A stretch of DNA of 64,000 bases, from assembly GCA_965644295.1 (NCBI GenBank), contig CBFFRP010000009.1, forward strand, positions 1-64,000, written 5' to 3'. Shown piece after piece: positions 52,201 through 64,000 of the stretch. The position numbers were made by a program, and so were the translations under genes. Under the pieces are notes generated by a model. That model worked only from the letters and a program-made list of their open reading frames with translations. It searched no databases and had not been told where the DNA came from. Every line of letters begins with the position of its first letter. Position 1 is the stretch's first letter. The DNA comes from Paraphysomonas bandaiensis. Lineage: Eukaryota; Protista; Chrysophyceae.

Positions 52201-54079
52201 ATGTTCCGTTTGTTCTCTCGTCAAACTCTTTCCAGACCCCTTACCCGCTACCTTTCCACCCATCGGCCGGAGCCGCAGGTAGCTGACACTCTAACTCAAA
52301 TAGGGACCCGAAGAATATTCCAGGTACATATATATATATATATATACGTGTATGTATGTACTGACTCTCTTGTATGTAGCATGAGCATGATATGTACAGA
52401 GAACTCTGTCGAAAATTTTATCAAGAGCACATTACTCCCTATCATGAGGAGTGGGAGAAACAGGGTGAAGTATCTCGTGAGTGTTGGTTAGAGGCAGGGA
52501 AACAAGGTCTTCTAGGAGTTACTGTGCCTGAGGAGTATGGTGGGATGGGATTAGATGCTAAGTTTGCTGCAGTGCATTGGGAGGAACAGATGTATGCACT
52601 TGCCTCTGGTCCAGGATGGTCATTACACTCAGAGATTGTTTGTCCATATATTATGCACTACGGTGAGTATTAAAATCTATGTGATGTATTCATATGTATA
52701 TATTTATAACGGGCATCTATTGTCATTTGCATCCAAATTCTCTGTACTGGTAGTGGTTATCTATTTATCTTGTAACAAGTACTTTTCACTAGGAACGGAG
52801 GAGCAGAAGGCACGCTGTCTACCGAAACTCTGTAGCGGCGAATGGATATCTGCTATTGCCATGACCGAACCTGGTGCCGGGTCGGACCTGCAAGGAATGC
52901 GTACAACTGCTGTCAAGGACGGAGACGACTACATTATTAATGGGTCTAAGACGTTTATCACCAATGGTTGGTTGGCCGATCTTTGCATTGTGTGTGCCAA
53001 GACGGATCCTGAAAAGGGGGCTAAGGGTATATCTCTCTTTTTGGTGGAAACTGATACACCAGGTTTCAAGAAAGGAAAGAAACTTCAGAAAATGGGCATG
53101 AAGGTTTTTATTTGCTCTTACTCTTCCTGTTGTATTAAAACTTGTTCTCCCGCCAGGCACAAGATACAGCAGAACTGTTCTTCGAAGATATGCGGGTTCC
53201 CAAGTCTGCTCTACTGGGCCCAGAGAACAAGGGATTTGTGTGTCTTATGCAAGAGTTGCCTCAGGTATTAGAGCTGCCAGTGTATTCTCTTGATATTGCA
53301 TGGGCTGTATAATTGCGTTGCAGTTACAGCAAGTACGTTTTTTTCAGTAATTATGTGTCTCTCGTAGGAACGCCTTCTGATCGCGGATCAAGGGCTTGCT
53401 GCGGCTGAGTCCCTCTTCGAAATAACCCGATCCTATGTGAAAGAGCGTAAGGCCTTCGGTTCCACTATCTCAAACATGCAGACAATCAAGCATAGGCTTG
53501 CGGAAATGAAGTGAGTGATGATATTATATTATTCTTTGTTGGGAGTTTTCTATTTGTACTCCACTTTGAATAACTTAGCAAGATGTGATAACCAGTTAAT
53601 TCTATAGGACGGAGATCTGCGTTGCACGCACCTTTGTTGACCGTTGCATCGAGCTTTTGAATGTGCGTGCATTGCTGTACTCCATACATATCCCACATAT
53701 TATAACACATGATATATCGACATTAGGACAAGCAGCTGGATAACGCTACAGCTTCTATGGCCAAGTAGGTTTTTGTAGTACGTGTTGTATACAATATTTA
53801 GAAACCATGATATGTATAGATATTGGGCCACGGACCTGCAGGGCAAGGTTGCAGATGAATGTGTGCAATTGCATGGTGGATGGGGTTACATGTGGGAATT
53901 TCCAGGTAAGTTTTGAATGTAATACGTATGACCTCCCATTTTATTTTGTACTTGCGATGTACTTTGTACTAATTTAATACTGCACTTCAGTGGCTCGAGC
54001 CTTTTGCGATGGACGTGTACAGCGCATCTACGGTGGAACGAATGAAATTATGAAAGAACTCATTGCCCGCGGGATATAG
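52201..54079 (+). CDS. Mitochondrial acyl-CoA dehydrogenase (long-chain type), multi-exon
   Basis: Presequence [37 protein letters not shown] and [11 protein letters not shown]. Confidence 0.95.
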
Positions 54080-54802
54080 ATGGAAACAGAAACGAGTCGC
54101 AATCGTGCGAAAATTTGTGTGAGTTGGTAGACAGAAGTCTGAACTTGTATGACTACCTTGTGATGTCTACTAACTTATTAAGAAATGTGTGAATGTGACT
54201 CCTGTTATGCTTTGAATAAAAATGCTTCGTTTTCAACTGTTTTGCGAACAGAATATTTTGACAAGCATTTGTATTGTCGACAATTTCACATATGTTATAT
54301 ACAAAGAGTATGCGATGTTTACATAATCGAGTGACAAACAAGTATGTGACATCGCTCAGGAAAATAACTCACCCCAGGTTGATGTGTATATGTCTATACG
54401 CTATCCACTTCTATCAGCTGTGAAATTTATAGCAGTTGCACAGTTGCACTACATTCTTATAATAATAGAGTACTATTATTTAGTTGTCAGGAGGTTGGCA
54501 CAGAATATATTGTTCGCTAACTAGATTGCTACCAACCGTCGGTGTTTCCAAGATGTGGTATACCAGTTATTTGTTATACTCTTTCTCAAAATCGGCATCC
54601 AGGAATCAAAAGTCTTCATGTACACTTATGCTACTGCCATCTGGCATATACTGACATACAAAGCGGTAACTGCGCGCGACGGACACAGATACACGTATAT
54701 AAAACACAACTGCTACTTTGAAACAAAGTACAAAAGTAAACTATGAAAACGATATCAAGGAGTGACAAAGCTAATGACATATATGCGTACTGAAGGGATC
54801 CT

Positions 54803-57279
54803 TTAACTTTTCATCGATTCGACTACATTTGGTGGTAATGCCCTCCAAAATTTCCGTTCCCACATATCAGTCACTTTCTTGTTCTCTGATGTGTCCCATC
54901 TCAACACCCATCTGTCATTCTCAGTCGAAACAATTATTGTACCATTCACTTGCTTCTCTACAACAGTAACACATTCCAGTCTCATAATACCTTTCGGTAC
55001 GTTCAGAGTGAAGGGATCCTCAAAACAGTGAAGTGTTCTATCCACAAGAATCATCCAACGACGCTTGAACTGGCCGGGAGTCATGAAAGATGTGGAGGCC
55101 CGTAAAATCCACCCAGACATACTATCGGCAACAGAGGTGAACTCAAAGCTGTGAAAAAGGTAAGTTTCATACCTTTCTGTAACAGGTGGAAGCCGTAGTG
55201 AAAAAGACACTGTGCCTTTTCCTTTCCTCGGTCGCACGCCAGCCGGTACTAACAAGTTATCCTGTGGATCTCTGACAGGAACAGTGTAGCTTTTGACTGG
55301 GAAGTCGGTAAAGTCCATTGTCTTGCCATTGTACAGAGGTCGGAGATCCTTCAAGTCAATTACATTCTAGACAAATTGCATTTTAATTGTAACAATAAAT
55401 GAGGATAATAACTTAAACCTGCCCAATACATGTATCCCTTCCTAATTTGTTGGCGTCAAAGTACGTCAGTACGAGCTTGGCATTCCATGGTGCGCCTGTT
55501 ATAAACGTCCGCTCGTCCCACACAGGGGATGTAGATCCCACTGGGGCTCGAGTAGTGTAGTAACTTAGAAGGGTGAGTTTACCATCACTTCGGGTCTCAG
55601 TATGACTGCCACGACGTGTCTTGCTTCCAGTGAGGCCTAAGGTTGCATATTAAGCACACAATTCCAAATATATGGAGCTGTTAAAACATTTTGAACTACA
55701 TGTGCATATCAGTAGAAACAGTGGGAACATGTGCATATCAGTCACAAATGTAATGATTACAGATATATTACCAGGTGGTAGATCGGAAGCTTTCAGTCCA
55801 ACCGAACTTCGTGAAGCCACTCTGTACGCAGCAACCACTACATACGGATCCTGCACGATACTCTCACCTTCTGGAAGGTCACGTGCGTGTTTTAAAGTCA
55901 GAATATAATTGTGCGGGTGCATGCAGCGAATCATGTGAAGAACCCTTCGGCGGCTAATAAACCCTCTCACACAACGTTGGACCACGCTAGCACTAGAGCT
56001 CTCCTTCATTTTCAGCCTGGTGTGAGATAGCTTCTTTGTAGCAATGTGAATCCTAAAGATACGTTGCAAGCTACGAGCCGCGCCATTTATCAATAATTCT
56101 TTGCGCCTCTCCTTTGTACGCTCAAACTTTCTTCGTGAAGTATAGCGCCGCCAGTTATGCTGAATCACCATCGCTGAACCACTCTGTAGCAGCTGCTTGG
56201 TCGCCTCAAGGTGAAGGCCCTCAAGGTTGTCTTCTTCAGCTTGCTGCAAAATAGATTTGGCTTTGCATACCATCACTTTTCCCATGTGACCCGAATTCGA
56301 CATCATACTTCCAATAGCGGCCATATTAAGTGCGGTAACATCCTCCTATATAATGTCACTAACTTCGCGTTGCCATAATATTTTCAGCCTACGCTACCTC
56401 CATGGCTTGTCCTTCCTTCAATTTCTGCTGCTTGGAGCCCCCCATCAGGTGCTGCACTGCTAGATTGCACAGAGATCCGCTCAAAAGAAGGGATACATCC
56501 ATCGGGTATTCAAGAGAAAGTTTAGCAGTGCCTGTACTATCAGGAACAACCTGGTACGCAAATCTTACCATAATCGGGGATATACTCACAACAAACACTG
56601 CTCACCACTGTGACAATGCGGTCGAACTTAACATTACAGTGTTCTACCCATTTTCCAGATTTATAAAGCTTCAAATCTAATCCAGTTGGTACTAAATACA
56701 AGATCGTATTAAGCAGGGTGAATTAGATTGATAAGACGTATTCAAGCTGACCATGAAATCCAATAACAGGACCACCACCATAAGCTTTAAAATAAAACTC
56801 CCATACGGCTTTATTAACAGGTCGAAAATCTACTTTAACATGCATATCAGGTTTCAATACATATGTCCCATCTGACTGATGTTGAACAAGATTATAGTTA
56901 TCAATTGGACCTACTCTCTCAGTAGATCCTTTAGCATATTCAATCCATTTATTCAGCCAATGAGATGATATTATATAAGCCTCATCACCACCATATAGTT
57001 TCTCTTTATCATGTTTGGATACAAACTCAACTTCATCAATCCGATTAATAAAATAATCAGATTCATATTCATGTGTATATCCATCATTATCTTTATAGAT
57101 ATATCGATCAGGTCCTCTGAGTACTGTATTTCCCATATTAAATATCGACCTGTATGTATATATACATGTATGTATGTGTTAACTCATGTGTAAGATAGAG
57201 AGAAGGGACTATACATGCGTCTCCCTGTTGAAGAAGGGGCTGATGTCTTGCTTGTAGATCCAAGAGCAAATAAGCTCAT
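54803..57279 (-). CDS. Multidomain protein DUSP - IQ - C2 - PH, multi-exon
   Basis: YIISSHWLNKW, GPIDN and YGGGP (DUSP); IQHNWRRY and VQRCVRGFISRR (IQ); DPYVVV (C2); SGWI..FKRRWMIL..W (PH). Confidence 0.72.
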
Positions 57280-57441
57280 TGTTGTAATGAAATGAATGGT
57301 ATGAGTTCAGATATAGTGATGTGTTGACATGCAGTGATGTGATGTGTATATATCTGAGATGACACTCTCTGTACTTACATACATACATATGGTGTATCCT
57401 GTACAGCAGTACTGTATATATCTACTTCATCCACACAATCC

Positions 57442-57580
57442 GCAGTTAGCATCTTATTTTTCGGAAATATATCGAAGCAAAAATACTCTACATTACTGCA
57501 ATACAACTACGGCTGGCATACAGATAATTGTTGTCTCAATAATAGAGGCATCTTGGAACAAAAATATGCAAAGGATGAGT
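57442..57580 (+). mobile_element. ~151-bp MITE copy with eroded ends
   Basis: Aligns with 44490-44640. Confidence 0.8.
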
Positions 57581-58366
57581 ACACGAGTACACGGATATAC
57601 TATACACACGTACTGTATATTCAGCAGCATATGAAGATATCAAGAAGAGGACAGAATTTGGTATACAACTGTACAGTTGAGTAGTGGTCAAAAATACCTG
57701 TTTTTGGTCTAATATGGACAATATATTCTTGAAAAAGTATAGTTTTTATAGTATGTTGGCTAGATATTCGGATATCCTTACTACACTCTGTAGACGTACA
57801 CTGTACTGTGCAGTATGGACAGCAGGATCATAGGTGCTGTGGACAAGTGGATATGCAATACAATGGATAGAATGGAGACAGACAACACACAACGCAGGAT
57901 ACAAGTAGTATAATGATGACTCCACAATGACGGATACTGCGATATAATTTGGTCAGGAGAGGTGCTACTACTTCACACATGCTAACCATACAACCATACA
58001 CCATACAATAGGCGTGTCTAGAAACTATGCATGCTTTCAGGCTTCCAGTATCCAAAATTGAAGCTTTGATAACATTTTAAACCTCTATGACAGACAACAG
58101 CTGTCGAAGCTACCAACAAGCTGATAGGTTGTTTGTACTTGACCTATACAAGCGATCATGGAGATAGTCTAGATTTTTATCTACTGCTTATGTATATTAA
58201 CTGTTCCTTTTAAAATAGAAATATATTAGTTATGAGTAGATACTATTATTGATTTAGTTCACGCTGCATTTATTCTAAGTTCAGCTTCAAACTTAATGGT
58301 GGTACATAAAACTGAGTGCAATAGTAGATTTCTGAAATCATATTCAACATAAGAAAATATATTACA

Positions 58367-59855
58367 TTATGTCCACCAAGAATAATTGCTGCTCAAATTT
58401 ACACGGGGGACTACAACTACGCGTCCTCTATAACTATCTAGTTGTTTAAAGAATGAATCTAATGGAAACTTGGCATAAAACTGGCGGAGTCTCTGTGCCA
58501 TCGACTCGGAGAGAATAGCGCTGGGGTGTTTGTTATTCTTTTGGTTTGATATTGGGGTATTTCGCTTATGACTATGTCTGCGGAAGGAATCTGCTTCGGT
58601 CTTGTTTGGGTGCAAGAATGGAAATACCTCATCATGTAAAAAGCGAATACGGTCGTCAAAGACATGTTCTGACTGTGCAATCAGTATCCCAACATTACTG
58701 CTAATAAACAAGTCCGAGGACAACCATCCACACAGCTGTGGGAGGTATAGACTATTGAGAATAAGACCATAGGGCCTAGTATTCAATCTTTGTTTCTTAT
58801 GGCTGCTAGATCGCATGTGATTATCACTATGACGGCTAAAATCAGTATCGCTGTCGCTATTTTTGTTCAAACGTGAGCGAATACTGCCATGACTGCCACC
58901 CAGAGCGAAACCATGATTAGGTCCAAGAAGGAGTTTTCTGGAAGATGGATGGCTATTCAGTGCCTGAGAAACTCGTAATTGTAATAATTGGTAGGCTTCG
59001 AAAACTCCCTTCATACCATCAATCGATAGTTGTCCATTGAGTGCGTATGATGATATAGTTTGCAGCAACGGTTCCACATCGGGCGACGACAAGATACTGA
59101 GTTCGATAGACAAAATTCGCTCTAGTGGAAAAGCGTACCCTGAATTCCGAGACATTGCCTAAGGTTACTCGTTAGTGTGTCACATATAACATATCGAATC
59201 GCCACTCGAAATAAGTGTCGTGTATTGAGCTTACCATTCCGTGATTGAATAATGATATTGTACATTGAACAGGTTCTCTCAGCAGAGCCATGAAAAGAGG
59301 CTCAAAACCAGTCTCGTAATAAACCTGTAAGAGTGCACGAGACGCTCGTGCAGGAGAAAGTAGTAGAGCAGGGGACGCCGTGGCTGTGAACACAGGGGGA
59401 ACAAACGCATGAGAGCGCATATGCTCCCGACATACGGAAACACGGGAGCAACTTGAGACAGATTTGTTTAAAAAAATAGATGTTGGACATTCTAAAAGAC
59501 TCTTCAGCATATCGCCGTTACAAAAATCCGTTGCCGAATTACAACACAAATCCTTCTCCGTACCAAAAAAATTAAGCTCCTTCCAAGGAAAGACCTTACA
59601 TGGACACACCTTGCAAGGACACGTCATACTCGCGTTGTATGAGTAGATCAAAAAACCACTATGAAAGTTATGTAACATGTCCCATAGATCTGTCGTTCCT
59701 CCTTTGGCTGCACCAAGAATAACTAAACTGGGGATCGCTCCACTTTGCAAGCCTTTATGAGATTCTTTAAACTGATGGGGAACATTAACAGGCTCTGATG
59801 CATACAGTGCTATCAGGTAAATAGTCCACCATACAAACGTGTATTGTTTGTGCAT
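58367..59855 (-). CDS. Golgi-type sulfotransferase (heparan-sulfate sulfotransferase-like), 2 exons; start uncertain
   Basis: PSLVILGAAKGGTTDL (5'-PSB), KELNFF, LLREPV..ISLFNH (3'-PB) and LRQFY. Confidence 0.8.
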
Positions 59856-60394
59856 TAAATCAAATATATCATATGATATTAATAGTAAATGAATGAACCA
59901 CCGTGCCAACCGTTAATTATCATGGTATGACATTGAGTGATGCATGTACGCATATATAGTATGGCCTGGTACACACCGCTGTAGTATATGGGGTCTCTGT
60001 ATATACTGTAGGAGTACGTCTCTAATTCCTACTTGAAAACCAAGAAAAGTTTTTAATATTGCCATTTTCTAGTCAACGAAACCAAAAGTATGTACAAAAC
60101 CCCCCAAAATGGATGATAAAAGTGGTATTATTTACAAGAATTCAGTTCTATTATAGTGGTGTGGTACATCATACCATAGTAGCACTATGAGAGATGATGA
60201 TACACAATATAAACATGAAGAAGACCTGCGTCTAGAGAATTGTATCTACCTACTCATTGATTTGAAGCATATGTATGGCATTAGATGACAGTACAGTGCT
60301 ATTCATGCTATAGAACCCCACACACAGTCTATATATGTATATATAGATGTACATACTTAACGATCTTCAGAGAGTTATATTGAAGATATATCAA

Positions 60395-61672
60395 ATGAAT
60401 AATATGCATATGATGTGGTTGATTATATTAACTCTAGTCCAAGTGAATTGCACTGCTCATTCCAAGCCTATGACAACCAATGTGTCTACACATACTGGTC
60501 TATCCTCAAGAGCAGTTCCTAGTTTAGTGATACTAGGTACCGCCAAAGGTGGAACCACAGATTTATGGCATATTATTCACAAACTTAACATTGGATTTAA
60601 TCAATATCAAGTGGGTTCTAGTGAGTATATTCAAACCAAGAAGGAGTTAGAATTCTTCAGTAAATCGCGATGCTATTTATCTTCTGGAAGTTTGTGTCGA
60701 GCGGAAAACATGAAGATACTATTGCGTTGCCCTCGAAACATTATATCGAAGTACACCTTGGAGGACGAATACGTCATAGACGCTTGTCGAATTTGGCTAC
60801 AGGATAACAATATAGGTATATTGTATATTTGTTTCAGTTAGGCATTCTAATTTGCTTCATTCTTAGCTGCCCCTAGGTACACAGTAACTGCATCACCTTC
60901 TCTAATGTACGAGTTTGGCATTGCTTCTTATATTTTGGGAACCATACAGAAGGAAACTCGAGCTAGTCCTATCTATATAATGCTCTTGAAGGACCCCGTG
61001 GAGCGAGCAATATCATTGTACAATCACTGGTACGTACAGGAAGGAGAGAACGGATATTCTCTGACGCTTGAGCAACTCCTAGAGTTAGAGCTGGACCTCC
61101 TCTCTCAACCTGAGCCAACGAGGTATCTAGATTCTATATTATCTAGTTTTTCAGCGAATAGCAATGCAAAGAGTGCCCTCAAAGCGGTTGAGCTCCTGCG
61201 CGTATTTATGGAAAAATCGTTGCTTGATATTATGGAGAAAGAAGGAGGGCGACTCAATCTCCGGTCATTCGGACTCGTTTTGGATGGCTTCTATTTATCT
61301 CAGATACTAGGATGGCTGAAGGGAAAACCCTATGGGGTTAAGAAGCGTCTTCTCATTATTCAATCGGAGTACTTTGCAGCCAACCGAACCGATGTAATTA
61401 GGCACTCAATATTGCCATTCCTTTTTCCTCAACAGTCGAAAGCAGTGTTGGATACATACATCGAGAAAGCATATTTACCCACGATGCAAAATCGTAAGCC
61501 GAAGAAGAGTGCAAGGTCACACATCTCGTCAAGTTTGAGGAAAAGGCTCTGTATATTCTATAAATCAATGAATATGGGTGCATTGCTTTCGGATTTACAA
61601 TATAAGCAATACGCAGTTGTAGTGCCGTTTATATCTGGCGATTCTGTTAATTGGTGGTCGGATTGTGAATAA
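60395..61672 (+). CDS. Golgi-type sulfotransferase paralog, 2 exons; start uncertain
   Basis: PSLVILGTAKGGTTDL, KELEFF and LLKDPVERAISLYNH. Confidence 0.82.
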
Positions 61673-61884
61673 TTAGCGTCAATAAATGACTACATTGTAT
61701 CACTAGTGTTGCTGTTTTTGTTTTTGTAGATTGCCGTATACACATAACATAGCCGTCACATAACATACACCTTGATTACAATTTTAAAATAATATTGTAT
61801 ATAAAAACTTAGAATTCGGATATTTCATGAATAGCATCACAAGAAACCATTACAACACAAACAACTGGCAAAAGTAGTGTGATA

Positions 61885-63277
61885 TTAGTTCAATGACTGG
61901 CTGTTTTTGATGTACTTCATCGGTGGCTCAGTAGAAATCTGGTTTGTTATAGTGGTGGCACTTCTCTTTTCACCAAGAAACGAAGAATAATCATCGTAAG
62001 TAAGTTCGCCAAAAATAGCTTTCCCATCACAATCAGGACCGAAAAGGTCTTTCCACGACATATCCGAACTCGTTATATTACTGATATCATCGCCGGTAAT
62101 TGTACCACGCTCTGTCTCTTTTACCTGCTCCACAATTCCTATGTCATCAGCACCCATTTGGAAATCATTTAGCGATGCATTCGTGACCGAGGTCTCGAGA
62201 TAACCTCCTTGCTCTTCGTCGGGGCTCACAAGATTCGCCTTGTCGGATGCACCGTACGAATTAACCTTGCTCTTTTCTAGATGTATTCCCATTTCGCTGA
62301 TAGAAGTCTCTAAAGTACTTTTGCCACCTTCATTTGCTACAGAATCAATTCTCATCACGAGTGTATCAATATCATCCTGGCGTATATGAGGTCGTGTAAT
62401 GACTTCTCTTATTTCATTCACCAAAGACATTGCTTCATCACGGCTAGCAGTGACCGACTGTGGAGATTTCTTCTCTCGTTTTCTCGCCATCACTATAAAA
62501 AATGTACTCATGGTAAATTTGATACCAGGGTGGGGAGAATCAATGCGCAACATAAAAGGGCTATGTCCGTAGTCACGAGAAAGAGATTCGATTCTGACTT
62601 TGATGATACTTCTTCCTCCTCTAAGTGGGTTGTCCTGGACTACGTTTACAGGAACAGGCTCTCCGAATCGTGATGTTGATGTACACATTGCACTGCAGTA
62701 CAGGGGCTGCTCAACAGCAGATGTTAGGAGTGTTTTGTTTTTGTCATATAGAGATATGCTTAAGGAAATATTATTTCTCTTAAGATCGTTAAAAAAAACT
62801 TCAGGAACACCCTCCTCCAAGACGAGCTCAGCGCATATAACCCGATAACAAGCTGATGTCTTCGCCGACAAGACACCTCCAACACTCCTTACTTGAAGAA
62901 AAAAGTCGTGCCCTATACAGTTATCCGGCATAACCATCATAACTGTGGTATGTCCCGAATAGATTACAGGAGTAGGCGTGACTTCTACCTGCAGAAGGGC
63001 ATGTTGAGTAAACTACTGTGCTCTGACCATGAACCTTACCAGAGGTTGATTGGTTTCTGATGAAATCGCACTAACCTCAACAGCAAGGGGTTCATCTCTG
63101 TATATAAACAATACATTAATGTTTCTGATACTATTACAAGGCTGTAAAGTACCCAAATATAGGTGGCAGTGAGGAGATGTCTTGGTTCACCAATGTCACA
63201 GTGACCTCGAAAGATTCTCCATAATACACAGCACCCTTATCATCAAGAGAGGACGAAATATGTAGAGCTCTAGTCAT
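61885..63277 (-). CDS. Hypothetical protein, possible Ig-fold (p53/Ndt80-like) DNA-binding factor, multi-exon
   Basis: Long ORF with VRIESLSRDYGHSPFMLRI...IVMARKR, an acidic S-rich tail and NLS-like KR/PPMK. Confidence 0.55.
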
Positions 63278-63440
63278 TTTCTTATTATATAATGCCTGTG
63301 TTAATTGATGTGTGTTGTTGCTTGTCAATGAGGATCTGACTGATAATAATGATTGCAACACAGTACAGAGTACAGCAGTGTTTGCTTCACGTTGAGAACA
63401 GAGTATTCTGAACCCCGTTGAGGAAAACATTATTCGGAAG

Positions 63441-63550
63441 AGGAATCGTATCTTGAATGGGTAGATTGAGATTATTTCAGTTTATAGATATGATTCTGCA
63501 GATGAGGAATCGTATCTTCAATGGGTAGATTGAGATTATTCAGTTTATAT
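63441..63550. repeat. Tandem duplication of about 47 bp
   Basis: gaggaatcgtatctt..gggtagattgagattattcagtttata occurs twice. Confidence 0.85.
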
Positions 63551-63611
63551 TTTTTTCTTTGGGGAGTCCAATCCGTTACTCTCTCAGTGTTCTCTATACA
63601 GTGTTTTATAT

Positions 63612-63744
63612 CTCATTTTTCGGGAATAAATTGAAGCAAATATACTCTATATTACTGATATACAATTACGGCAGAAATACAGATAATTGTTGTCTCAATA
63701 ATAGAGGCATCTTGGAACAAAAACATACAAAGGATGCCGATACG
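63612..63744 (+). mobile_element. ~151-bp MITE copy lacking the left TIR
   Basis: Ends ggatgccgatacg and aligns with the other copies. Confidence 0.82.
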
Positions 63745-64000
63745 CATATACATACAGTGGTGTGTGTTAACTCCATAAGAGTTAAGTAGACTTCTATTGC
63801 ATTGAGTACTCATATAAATATCCACATTGTGTGTATAATCATGTTGATAGCAATTCATAATGCAAATGTTGGTTTTGAAGAAGAGTTGACTGAACTCTTA
63901 AAATCAAATAGTCATACAGTAACACTGTGTGATAGCGAGGGTGAGTGATACGAAGCTCATCATACATCTCAATTAATATACTATTATATAGAATTTATTA

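Noticed and set aside
51602-52491. MYVC/TYIH-repeat ORFs
   Set aside because: They are translations of the (TATG)n microsatellite.

Overview
AT-rich, intron-containing nuclear DNA from a eukaryote, most likely a stramenopile-type protist (inferred from the H3 sequence and gene content, not proven). About 20 host genes are present, mostly in head-to-head pairs: RPLP2, a VTT/TVP38-family membrane protein, a 2OG-Fe(II) oxygenase, a CaMK-type kinase, a cyclophilin-SYF2 fusion, two H3/H4 pairs forming a palindrome, an EF-hand protein, a TBC Rab-GAP, an F-box/ankyrin protein, a TLC protein, NDUFA8, a CIR1-like protein, a TGS-like cap methyltransferase, an acyl-CoA dehydrogenase, a DUSP-IQ-C2-PH protein and two sulfotransferases. 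Mobile DNA includes two young Ty1/copia elements with non-canonical TA...TA LTR ends, two solo-LTR-like elements inserted independently into one LINE-derived repeat, a LINE 3' fragment, and a ~151-bp MITE found mostly just upstream of genes. The most notable observations are the TA-ended copia elements and the nesting of LTR elements in one host repeat, the promoter-associated MITE and ACAGCAGT motif, histone 3' stem-loops with loss in one duplicated H3, and a giant-virus-type ankyrin gene with variable repeat positions between long inverted repeats. Exon boundaries and counts were read by eye.
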